DNA of 64,000 nt from Squalus acanthias (taxonomy: Eukaryota): positions 8,990,001-9,054,000 of the forward strand of contig CM059432.1 in NCBI GenBank assembly GCA_030390025.1, in the 5' to 3' direction. The translations under genes were made by a program, and so were the position numbers. Below, one piece after another: positions 53,008 through 64,000 of this stretch; the first letter of the stretch is position 1, and every line of letters begins with the position of its first letter. Under the pieces are notes generated by a model. The model worked only from the letters and a program-made list of their open reading frames with translations, was not told the DNA's origin and did not search any database.

Positions 53008-56000
53008 AAAGGGGAACAGTGGATGTAGTATATTTGGATTTCCAAAAGGCATTTGATAAGGTGCCACATAAAAGGTTATTACACAGATTAGGGCTCATGG
53101 GGTTGGGGGTAATATAGTAGCATGGATAGAGGATTGGTTAATGGACAGAAAACAGAGAGTAGGGATAAACGGATCTTTTTCAGGTTGGCAGGCTGTAACT
53201 AGTGGGGTGCCGCAAGGATCAGTGTTGAGGCCTCAGCTATTTACAATCTATATTAATGACCTAGATGAAGGGACCTACAAAGCTAGGTGAGACAGTAAGC
53301 TGTGAGAGAACACAAAGAGTCAGCAAAGGGATATAGATAGACTAAGTGAGTGGGCAGTAAGGTGGCAGATAGAGTATAATGTAGGGAAATGTGAGGTTAT
53401 TCACTTTGGTAGGAAGTATACAAAAACAGAATATTTTTTAAATGGTGCGAAACTTTCAAATGTTGGTGTTCAGAGAGATTTGGGTGTCCTCGTGCAAGAA
53501 ACATAGAAAGCTAGCATGCAGGTACAGCAAGCAATAAGGAAGGCAAATGGTATGTTGGCCTTTATTGCAAGGGGGTTGGAGTATAAGAGTAAGGAAGTCT
53601 TGCTACAATTGTACAGGGCCTTGGTGAGACCACACCTGGGGTACTGTGCACAGTTTTGGTCTCCTTATCTAAGGAAGGATATACTTGCCTTGGAGGCAGT
53701 GCAATGAAGGTTCACTAGATTGATTCCTGGGATGAGAGGGCTGTCCTATGATGAGAGATTGTGTAGAATAGGCCTATACTCTCTGGAGTTTAGAAGAATG
53801 AGAGGAGATCTCAATGAAACATACAAGATTCTGAAGGGGATTGACAGGGTAAATGCTGAGAGGTTGTTTCCCCTGGCTGGTGTGTCTAGAACTAGGGGGC
53901 ATAGTCTCAGGATAAGGGGTAGGCCATTTAAGACTGAGATGAGGAGGAATTTCTTCACTCAGAGGGTTGTGAATCTTTGGAATTCTCTGCCCCAGAGGGC
54001 TGTGAATGCTGAGTCTTTGAGTATATTCAAGGCTGAGATAGATAGATTTTTGGGCACTCAGGGAATCAAGGGATTTGAAGATCGGGCAGGAAAGTGGAGT
54101 TGAGGTCGATGATCAGCCATGATCTTATTGAATGGCAGAGCAGGCTCGAGGGGCCGGATGGCCTAATCCTGCTCTTATTTCTTATGTTCTTATGTAAAAC
54201 ATTTCATAATTTTAAAGACCTCTATTAGGTCACCCCTCAGCCTTCTTTTTTCAAAAGAAAAGAGGCCCAGCCTGTTCATCCTTTCCTGATAAGTTTACCC
54301 TCGCATTTCTGGTATCATCCTTGTAAATCTTCTCTGCACCCTCTCCAGTGCCTCTATATCCTTTTTATAATATAGCGACCAGAACTGTACGCAGTACTCT
54401 AAGTGTGGTCTAACCCAGGTTCAATAGAGGTTTCGCATAACTTCCCTACTTTTCAATTCTATCCCTCTAGAAATAAACCCTAGTGTTTGGTTTGCCTTTT
54501 TTTTCTGGCCTTGCTAACCTGTGTTGCAACTTGTAGTGATTTGTGTATTTCTACTCCGAGATCCCTTTGTTCCTCTACCCGACCTAGACACACACCTTCC
54601 AAGTAATAAGTGACCACCCTATTCTTCCTACCAAAATGTAATACCTCACATTTATCTGTGTTGAACTTTATTTGCAAATTATTTGCCCATTCTGCGAGTT
54701 TATTAATGTCCTCCTGTAATTTGTTGCAGTCCTCCTCAGTATCGACTGTCCCCCCAATTTGGCATCATCCGCAAATTTAGAAATTCTGTTTTTGATTCCA
54801 AAGTATAAATCATTAATATAAATTGTGAACAACAGTGGTCCCAACACTGATCCTTGTGGAACACCACTACCCACCTTCTGCCACTGTGAATAGCTACCCT
54901 TTAATCCTACTGTCTGCTTTTTGTCCTGAAGCCAGCTAGCAATCCATTCTGCTACTTGTTCCCTGACTCTGCATTCTCTGACCTTGTTCATCAGTCTATT
55001 ATGGGGTATCTTATCGAAGGCCTTTTGAAAATCCAGATAAATTACATTTACTGCATTACCATTGTCTACTCTCTCTGTTACCTCTTCAAAAATTCAATGA
55101 GGTTGGTCAAGCAAGACTTTCCCTTTTGAAATCCATGCTGACTATTCATTATTATACTTTTGGTTTCTAGATGTTATTCTATTTTCTCCTTTAGTAGGGA
55201 TTCCATTATTTTTCCTACCACTGATGTTAAGCTGACTGGTCTATAATTCCCTGGACATGTTCTATCCCCCTTCTTAAATATCGGTATTATGTTAGCTGTC
55301 CGCCAGTCCTCTGGCACTACACTGTTTTCTAATGAATTATTAAATATGTGTAGTAATGCCTCTGCTATCTCTTCCCTAGATTCTTTTAAAATGCGTGGAT
55401 GCAATCCATCCAGACCAGGGATTTTATCCTCTTTGAGTTTGATTAGTTTAGTTAATATATCCCCTTTTTATTTTAAATGCACTTATCTCATTACTAATCT
55501 CATCATCCAATGTCATGTCCACCTGTTCTATCTCCCTGGTAAATACTGAAGCAAAATAATTATTTCATATTTCTGCCATCTCTCTATCATTACCTGTGGT
55601 ATTATCCTATATATCCCTTAATGGCCCTATTCACATCTCAACCTTCCTTTTTTTATTGATGTGCCTGCAAAATATTTTACTATTTTGTTTTATGTTCCTT
55701 GATAATTTAATTTTATAGTTCCTCTTTGCCTTCCTAATTGTTTTTTGACTTCTCTCCTAATCTCTTCATATTCTCCCTTATCATGCACTCCCTTGCTGTC
55801 TATGTACTTAATGTATGCCTCTTTCCTTACCCTCAATTGTTCCTTTATGGCTTTATTCATCCTTGGAGTCTCATTAGTGTTTAGTTTGTTCTATCCTTTT
55901 AGCGGAATATATTTTTCCTGCACTCTGTTGAACATCATTGATCCTCTATTGTTTTTTTATCTCTATCCATATTGATTCTATGTTTGTCTTGTGTTATCCC

Positions 56001-56104
56001 TAATAAGTACAGCTACTCCACCTCCCCTTTTTCCCTCTCTATCTTTTCTAAATATGTTATACCCTGCAATGTTTAATTCTCAGTCCTGATTTTTCTGTAG
56101 CCAT

Positions 56105-56928
56105 GGGGGCGATTTTGTTAATGGGTGCGCGTTGGAGGCGGGACTGCTGCTCGGCGGGTCGATGTCCCGCCTCCATCGATTTGTGGCCAACCCACGCTAT
56201 TTTCCTTTGATTGACCTCGTTAAGCCCGCCCAGCGGATTTAACAGGCCAATTAAGGGAAAGCCCATTGCAGAGAATGTCAATGTATGATGTTTCATCTGT
56301 CAAAGATTTTTGACAGATGAATTGTCATCGTTTGACAGCTCTGTGAAGCTGTCAGACACTGACATTTTCTGTAGTTTGATGAGGTCTTGAATTCAAGACC
56401 TCATCAAACCTCTTTCTTTTACAGAAATGAGATGGTTGTTGCATCTGAGAATGCAACGGCCATCTGTCAATTGCAACACAGAGGTCCGAGATTCTCCGCA
56501 TACACACCGACTGAAGCCTGCAGGAAGAAACAAAGGTAAGTACACTTTTAAAAACACTTTGCACTTACCTCAGATACTCACCTCTACACTCTTGCACCCA
56601 TCACTTACCTTCACAGCACAGTTTTGCACCCCCCCCCCCGACCCCCCGCAGACCCAGTACTCGCCTCGCTGACCTGGCGGGTTTCGGAGCTTTCGGGAAG
56701 CCCGCACTTGTGAGGGCAAAAAGGGGATAATCCTATTTTCTGTTAATAGGCTTTAATCCCTTCCCGCCTCCAAGGAGACGGGACCCGGCGCGGGACGGCT
56801 ACCCGCCTCCTGGCAAGATGGCATGGAGGCAGGTTGGGGGCGGGTTGGGCACCCGCCTCCAAATTCTGCCATTTTCCCAGCAGTCCCGCCTCCATACCCA
56901 CCTCCCCAGGGATGTCAAAATCGCCCCC
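56105..56928. mobile_element. PIF/Harbinger-type MITE
   Basis: gggggcgatttt...aaaatcgccccc TIR. Confidence 0.8.
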
Positions 56929-57439
56929 TAGATCTCAGTAATCCCTACTATGTCTGGTTCCTCACAAAGCATGATTGCCTCCAGCTCCCCTGTTTTATTA
57001 CGGTCACTGTGTGCATTGCTGCATGGACAGTTCAACTCATTTTTAATAGGATTTCCTCTCAATTTATGTTTAACCATTTTTTTAGTCTCTTGTTCTATAA
57101 CACTATTTATCCCCTTGCCATCAATGTCCTCCCTTACTTTATTGTTTCCTGTGCTCTCTTTTCCTGTTTTGTTTTAGAATTAGGCTGGTTATGCTTCTTG
57201 TAGATCCCTCCCCCCCATCTTACTTGTTTAAAGCCTTTGCCACCTCCCTATTTACCCTTTCCGCGAGGACACGGGTCCCATCCCGGTTCAGGTGGAGACC
57301 GTCCCATTGGTACAGCTCTTTTCCTGTCCCAGAACTGGTGCCAGTGTCCCATGAAAAGGAACCCCTCTTTCCCACGCCAGCCCTTTACGCACCTGTTGAT
57401 TCTCCTGACTCTAGCCCTAGCCGATGATACTCTTACGAT

Positions 57440-57628
57440 AGCAAAATACTGCAGATGCTGGAAATCCGAAATAACAACAGAAAACCTCAGCAGGCGAGGC
57501 AGCATCCGTGGAGAGAGAAACAGAAAGTTTCTGACGAAAGGTCTCGACCTGAAACGTTAACTCTGTTTCTCTCTCCACGGATGCTGCCTGACCTGCTGAG
57601 TTTTTCCAGCATTTTCTGTTGTTATTTC
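57440..57628 (+). mobile_element. Penelope-like fold-back end with hammerhead core (57526-57562)
   Basis: Inverted terminal copies around ctgacgaaaggtctcgacctgaaacgttaact; together with the adjacent SINE it is flanked by duplicated cgatgatactctt. Confidence 0.75.
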
Positions 57629-57920
57629 ACAGAATCCCCACAGTGCAGATAGAGGCCATTTCGGCCCATCGAGCCTGCACCGACACATATCCCACCCTAT
57701 CCCCGTATTTAATCCCCCTAACACTAAGGGTCAATTTATCATAGCCAAATCAACCTAACCCGCACATCTTTGGACTGTGGGAGGAAACTGGAGCACCCGG
57801 AGGAAACCCATGCAGACACGGGGAGAATGTGCAAACTCCACACAGACAGTCACCCGAGGCCGGATTCAAACCCGGGTCCCTGGCGCTGTGAGGCAACAGT
57901 GCTAACCACTATGCCACCGC
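57629..57920 (-). mobile_element. V-SINE (HE1-like)
   Basis: tRNA-like head ggcatagtggttagcac...ggtttgaatcc, V domain gtgtggagtttgcacattctcccc...ctccagtttcctcccacagtccaaaga, CR1-like tail. Confidence 0.88.
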
Positions 57921-58323
57921 GTTTCGATGATACTCTTTCCTGGCTCAGCAATGGTTATCCTCACTATCACCCTGACAGAGATAAGCTACCTCAGCGTGCA
58001 TCGGAGATTGAATGAGGGACCTTCATGGCCTGTGGAACTCAGCCGCACAAAATTCCGCTAACGTTTGCGCTAGTTACGCCGATATCGGGTGAACTGCGCC
58101 GAAAAAACCAGCGCTACCGAGCAGAAACTCCAGGCCAATATGTTTAGAATATTTACCAGTCAAACCATTGGTGAACCGCAGCGTGATTTTTAATTATAAA
58201 TTGAACCTGATGACATAACCAACGACGGTGTAACAAGGCAAGTGATTCAGTGAAACAGCTATTATTTTTGCTTAATTCTGAGGCCTTTGTGAGTTGAGAG
58301 ACACATTTCATGATACGTGAAAC

Positions 58324-58444
58324 CAATGCTCCCTGTAAAAAAAAATTTGGCCCCCTTCAACTGGCAGCGTGGCCCATTAAAATTTTATCGCAAGCGCGGT
58401 TTCTCCCACGTAAAAGCCGGTGCGCGGTCTGCGCGCGAACGTTG
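58324..58444. mobile_element. degenerate hAT-like MITE (CAATG TIR family)
   Basis: caatgctccct...gaacgttg; interior resembles 41381-41543. Confidence 0.5.
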
Positions 58445-58844
58445 CATGCAACTTAATGCCACAGACCTCGGCCAATGAGGAACGTCGGATGCGTCTCTAG
58501 ATTGTAACACTCTAAACATAACTTATGTGGGAAACAAAAGGCCAGAGCAGTGTCAAAGAAAGCAAAAATGCACTTGACCTTTTCAAGCATAGTGTAATGA
58601 AAATATGTCTGCAGACTACATTCTCAAGCGATGCACTAATTACAGCAATATCAATTCTGTTAATATTGGAGCTATGCCCTCCCTACACTACTTTACAATC
58701 ACTGATACTCTGGAATAGGGTGGATAGGGGGGTGAGCGAGACAAGAAAGAGATCCTGCAAGGTCCTATAATAGAGTAAATGTAACATCCGTAGCATTAAA
58801 TAAAACATTTTACTGGGTGTCTCAGGGGAGAGAACATAAATAAT

Positions 58845-59196
58845 AGGGTAGAGTTACCGCTTTGGGTGCAATTGGCGATTCCGTCGCCGATTGCGCCCGT
58901 TTTGAAAAGTGTTTTTTCCCCTGGATTTCTGCTCGAACTCATTTGCATTTTGCCGAACGCAAAAAACTACCCAATGGTGATTAATTCACCCTGGGGGGGG
59001 GAGGCGTGGCCAGTTTTGTGGGCGGGGCCGGCTTCCAGCGCGCTGTTTTTAAAAGTAGCGCAAAAGATCGCGGACACTCGATTTGCGCTGAACACAATTT
59101 GCGCCTAAAATTCCGCGATCTTTTGCGCCGGTTACGCCAATATCGGGCGAACTGCGCCGAAAAAAACCCAGCGCTACCGAGCGGAAACTCCAGGCT
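58845..59196. mobile_element. PIF/Harbinger-type MITE
   Basis: agggtagagttaccgct / agcggaaactccaggct inverted ends; exact AAT TSD. Confidence 0.8.
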
Positions 59197-59367
59197 AATA
59201 TGTTTATAATATTTACAATAAAAATTGGTACAGTAAATAAGGTGAAACTGTTTCCAGTGCCAGAAGGACACAGATTTGAGGTGATTGGCAATAGAAGCAG
59301 AAGTGACATGAGGAGAAGCAATGTCGCTCCCCTGCTCGGAAAACCCATACCTGTCAATATTGGGGCC

Positions 59368-60000
59368 AATGTTTCCACTTGGCGGGGAGACCAAAGCTAG
59401 GGGCCATAAATATAAGATAGTCATTAACATCCCCACCGACACCTGGGAATCCCTGGCCCAAGACCGCACAAAGTGGAGGAGAAGCATCCGGGAAGGCGCC
59501 GAACACCTCGAGTCTCTTCGCCAGGAGCAAGCGGAAGCCAAGCGCAGGCAGCGCAAGGAGCGCATGTCAACCCAAGCACCCCACCCACCCGCCCCTTCAA
59601 CCACTGTCTGCCCCGTCTGTGACAGAGACTGTAGGTCCCGCATTGGACTCATCAGTCACCCTGAGAACTTATTTTTAATGTGGAAGCAAGTCATCCTCGG
59701 TTCCGAGGGACTGCCTAAGAAGAAGAAGAAGTCATTAATAAATCCAACAGGTAATTCAGGAGGAACTTCTTTACCCAGAGAGTGGTGGAACTCGCTACCA
59801 CGAGGAGTGGTTGAGGCAAAAAGCATAGATGCATTTAAGGGGAAGCTGGATAAACACATGAGGTAGAAAGGAATTAGAAGGATATGTTGATGGGCTGAGA
59901 TGAAGAAGGGTGGGAGGAGGCTCGTGTGGAGCATAAGCACCGGCATAGATCAGTTGGGCCGAATGGCCTGTTTCTGTGCTGTACATTCTATGCAATTCTA
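59368..60000 (+). mobile_element. CR1 3' fragment split by RTE
   Basis: MFPLGGETKARGHKYKI; resumes at 59730; CR1 3'UTR. Confidence 0.8.
59428..59729 (+). mobile_element. RTE 3' fragment
   Basis: Matches the inverse of 36250-36548; (aag)n tail; 9-bp TSD agtcattaa. Confidence 0.9.
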
Positions 60001-60009
60001 GTATATTCA

Positions 60010-60500
60010 CAGGCTATATCGTTGTGACGTTTTTGTCATGAATGGAAAAGTAAGTCAGATAAAGATGGAAGGGGGAATGGCAACTCTCCTAGAACTAGCC
60101 AATTACATTCACGAGGTTGATAAAACAAGGCAATTAATCCTCTTAGCTGTCCTGCCCAGTAATATTTGTGCAGATGAGGAGCTCCTACCCCTCCTTAATC
60201 TCATGATAATTGTTATTTATAAACCTGTACAAGGTATTTGGCCTTTCCAAATGAAACAAGTTATTGATTTATTTGGGTCTTTAAGGGTAGATAAGGGAAC
60301 TGAGATAAGTAACATCTGGGAAAGATAACTAGGTCTTGGTAGCGCATTAATCTTAACTGTTTGCTCTTACTCATTCTGTTTCGGAGACTTGGAGAGTATT
60401 CTATCTGATTAGATGCTCGATGCTTTCAGTAAGATAGTGAAAGTTTGCTTCATAGATTCTTCGTGGGGCTAATGAATCTACCTAAATACGTAACATAGGT
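60010..60500 (-). mobile_element. old L1-clade ORF2 fragment
   Basis: Minus strand VTYLG...NLYEANF and TVKINALPRPSYLSQML...NKSITCFIWKG, typical of the post-RT region of fish-type L1. Confidence 0.65.
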
Positions 60501-60721
60501 AGGCTTTTGAGTTTCAGATGAGGTATGAGCAGCAAAATCAGTACCTCAGCGCGCGCTGCTCCTAGTACGTAATAAAGTGGGCCCAAAGTGCTGGCCATGC
60601 CCAGATTATGCAGATAAATAAACTCACATTATGCAGACAAACTGCATACAAGGCTCAGTAAGGGCTGAGAATTTGCAGGGCTATGGGGAAAGAGCAGAGG
60701 AGTGGGACCAATAGGTAGTCC

Positions 60722-63700
60722 TTTACATCGGATATACGGCACAGGAACAGGCCATTTGGCCCAACCAGTCCATGCCGGCATTTATGCTCCACACGAGCCT
60801 CCTCCTGTCTTCCTCATCTAACTCTATCCGCATAACCCTCTATTCCCTTCTCCCTCATATGCTTGTCCAGCCTCCCCTTAAAGGCATCTATACTATTCGC
60901 TTCAACCACTCCCTGTGGTAGCGAGTTCCACATTCTCACCACTCTCTGGGTAAAGAAGTTTCTTCTGAATTCCCTGTTTGATTTCTTGGTGACTATCTTA
61001 TATTGATGGCCTTTAGTTATGCTCTTCCCCACAAGTGGAAACATTCTCTCTGTATCCACTCTATCAAAACCTTTCATAATTTTAAAGACCTCTATTAGGT
61101 CACCCCTCAGCCTTCTTCTTTCAGGAGAAAAGAGACCCAGCGTGTTCATCCTTTCCTGATAGGTATACCCTCACATTTCTAGTATCATCCTTATAAATCA
61201 TCTCTGCACTCTCTCCAGTGCCTCTATATCGTTTTTATAATATGGTGACCAGAACTGCATGCAGTACTCTAAGTGTGGTCTAACCAAGGTTCGATACAGG
61301 TTCAGCATAACTTCCCTACTTTTCAATTCTATCCCTCTAGAAATAAACCCTAGTGTTTGGTTTGCATTTTTAATGGCCTTGCTAACTTGTGTCACATCTT
61401 TTAGTGATTTGTGTATTTGTACTCCGAGATCCCTTTGTTCCTCCACCCCACCTAGCCTCGCACCCTCCAAGTGATAAGTGACCTCCCTATTCTTCCTACC
61501 AAAATGTAATACCTCACATTTGTCTGTGCTGAACTTCATTTGCCAATTATTTGCCCATTCTGCAAGTTTATTAATGTCCTCCTGTAATTTGTTGCAATCC
61601 TCCTCAGCATTGACTAACCCCTCCACCAATTTGGTATCATCCGCAAATTTAGAAATTGTGTTTTTGATTCCAAAGTCTAAATCGTTAATATAAATTGTGA
61701 ACAGCAGTGGTCCCATCACTGATCCTTGTGGAACACCACTACCCACCTTCTGCCACTGTGAATAGCTACCCTTTACCCCCACTCTCTGCTTTCTGTCTTG
61801 AAGCCAGCTAGCAATCCATTCTGCTACCTGGCCCCTGACTCTAACCTTCTCTAACCTTCCCTAGCATTCTCCAACCTTATTCATTAGTCTATTATGGGGT
61901 ACCTTATCGAAGGCCTTTTGAAAACCTAGATAAATTACATTTGCTGCATTACCATTGTCTGCTCTCTCTATTACCTCTTCAAAAATTCAATGAGGTTGGT
62001 CAAGCAAGATTTTCCCTTTTGAAATCCATGCTGACTATTCATTACTATGTTTTTGGTTTCTAGATGTTCTTCTATTCTCTCCTTTAGTAGGGATTCCATT
62101 ATTTTTCCTACCACCGCTGTTAAGCTGACTGGTCTATAATTCCCTGGACATGTTCTATCCCTCTTCTTAAATATAGATATTATGTTATCTATCTGCCAGC
62201 CCTCTGGCACTACTACTTTTTCTAATGAATTATTAAATATGTGTAGTAATGCCTCTGCTATCTCTTCCCTAGATTCTTTTAGAATGCATGGATGCAATCC
62301 ATCCAGACCAGGGGTTTTATCCTTTTTGAGTTTGATTAGTTTATTTAATATATCCCCTTTTTTAAATTACTAATTACTCATCTCATCATCCAATGTCATG
62401 TCCACCTGTTTTATCTCCCTGGTAAACACCGAAGCGAAATAATGATTTAATATTTCTGCCATCTCCCTATCGTTACCTGTGGTGTTATCCTGTCCATCCC
62501 TTAATGGCCCTATTCCCATCCCAACCTTCCTTTATTTATTGATGTGCCTGTAAAATATTTTGCTATTTTGTTTTATGTTCCTTGATAATTTCATTTCATA
62601 GTTCCTCTTTGCCTTCCTAATTGTGTTTTTGATTTCTCTCCTAATCCCTTCATATTCTCCCTTATCATGCACTCCTCTGCTGTCTATGTACTTAATGTAT
62701 GCCTCTTTCCTTACCCTCCATCATTTCCTTATGTCTTTATTCATACATGGAGTCTCATTATTGTTGAGTTTGTTCTTTCCTTTTAGCGGAATATATTTTT
62801 CCCGCACTCTGTTGAACACCGTTTTAAATGTTTCCCATTGTCATTCTACATCGCTGTTTGCCAATCTTGTTGGCCATTTTATCTTCCCAAGTTCTATTCT
62901 CAGCCCCTCAAAATCAACTTTTCGCCAATCTATTAACTTGGTTTTTGTCATTCTTATTTCCTTCTCTATTGTCATTTTTAAAAATTTGTTTATTGGATGT
63001 GGGCATCGCTGGCAAGGCCAGCATTAATTGCCCATCCCTCATTGCCCTTGAGAAGGTGGTGGTGAGCCGCCTACTTGAACCGCTGTTGTGAAGGTGCTCC
63101 CACAGTGCTGTCAGGTAGGGAGTTCCAGGATTTTGACCCAGCGACGATGAACGATTGGCAATATACTTCTAAGTCAGGATGGTGTGTGACTTGGAGGGGA
63201 ACTTGGAGGTGGTGGTGTTCCCTTGCGCCTGCTGCCCTTGTCCTTCTAGGTGGAAGAGGTCGCGGGTTTGGGAGGTGCTGCCGAAGAAGCCTTGGCGAGT
63301 TGCTGCAGTGCATCTTGTAGCTGGTACACACTGCAGCCACAGTACGCCGGTGGTGGAGGGAGTGAATGTTTAAGGTGGTGGATGGGGTGCCAATCAAGCG
63401 GGCTGCTTTGTCCTGGATGGTGTCGAGCTTCTTGAGTGTTGTTGGAGCTGCACTCATCCAGGCAAGTGGAGAGTATTCCATCACACTCTTGACTTGCGCC
63501 TTGTAGATAGTGGAAAGGCTTTGGGGAGTCAGGAGGGGAGACACTCGCCGCAGAATACCCAGCCTCTGACCTGCTCTTGTTGCCACAGTATTTATGTGGC
63601 TGGTCCAGTTAAGTTTCTGGTCAATGGTGACCCAGAGGATGTTGATTTTAAAGTGTATTATATTATTGTCACCATTGCCTATATGTTCCCCTACTTTTAT

Positions 63701-64000
63701 TTCTCTTATCTGCTCTGGCTCATTCGCCATAACTAGATCCAATAGCGAATCCTCCCTTGTTGGGCTTTTCACATATTGGGTTAGAAAGGAGTCCTGTACA
63801 CATTGTAGGAACTCCATTCCCTTATCTCCTTTACCTACCTCTTCTGTCCAATTAATATCGGGGTAGTTGAAATCCCCCATGATTATTATTCTATATTTTT
63901 TACTAATTTCTCTAATTTGTCTGTATAGTTTTTTCTCCACCTCCCTTCCACTATTAGGTGGTCTGTAGACTATGCCTATTAGTGTGATTGATCCTTTATT
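60722..64000 (-). mobile_element. CR1 LINE (endonuclease + RT), continues beyond the window; same family as 50081-57410
   Basis: IIMGDFNYP, PTREDSLLDLV, NYRPVSLT, GVPQGSV, FADD motifs; 3'UTR. Confidence 0.92.
62985..63645 (-). mobile_element. 'family B' LINE 3' fragment nested in CR1
   Basis: TIDQKLNW...YKAQVKSVMEYSPLAW; matches 31130-31800. Confidence 0.88.

Larger units (their letters stand above)
50417..54195 (+). mobile_element. 5'-truncated degraded CR1 nested in the preceding CR1
   Basis: ORF fragments 50504-54103; (ttcttatg)n tail. Confidence 0.9.
50081..57410 (-). mobile_element. long degraded CR1 (ORF1 esterase-like C-terminus + ORF2) with nested insertions
   Basis: 3' end 50081-50416 resumes at 54196; RT ORFs 54480-55404; endonuclease N-terminus ~56940-57050; GWRGKEGFLFMGHWHQFW (CR1 ORF1 SGNH-like) at ~57250-57410. 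Confidence 0.85.

Noticed and set aside
60038..60328. 96-aa plus-strand ORF starting with ATG
   Set aside because: Antisense to a degraded L1 ORF2 fragment
63071..63940. 289-aa ORF as a single gene
   Set aside because: Chance in-frame fusion of a CR1 endonuclease segment with a nested family-B LINE fragment
54196..64000. Segmental duplication between 54196-55935 and 61065-62820
   Set aside because: Flanks and nested insertions differ; more simply two insertions of the same CR1 family
1..64000. CRISPR arrays, operons or host exons
   Set aside because: Eukaryotic repeat-rich DNA; no repeat-spacer arrays and no recognisable host coding sequence

Overview
Repeat-saturated vertebrate intergenic or intronic DNA. 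It is most likely from a cartilaginous fish (shark), judged from HE1-like V-SINE and SacSINE1-like Deu-SINE copies and the CR1/L2/RTE/Penelope repertoire. No host protein-coding gene can be supported. The window holds: many CR1-type LINE fragments (one with an unbroken 700-codon RT ORF); L2, RTE and old L1 fragments; tRNA-derived SINEs; Penelope-like ends carrying minimal hammerhead-ribozyme motifs; numerous PIF/Harbinger-type and hAT-type MITEs; a probable LTR; and a ~10.8-kb CA-rich satellite with ~1.87-kb higher-order periodicity. The most notable observations are structural: hammerhead cores (two disrupted by MITEs at the same trinucleotide), an inverted pair of MITEs with a compensatory hairpin change, three locally templated insertions, a ~230-bp direct repeat bracketing a CR1 like a giant target-site duplication next to a (CCCTAA)5 tract, and possible scattered remnants of an old retrovirus-like element. 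All family assignments were made by eye from motif recognition, not by database search, and boundaries are approximate.
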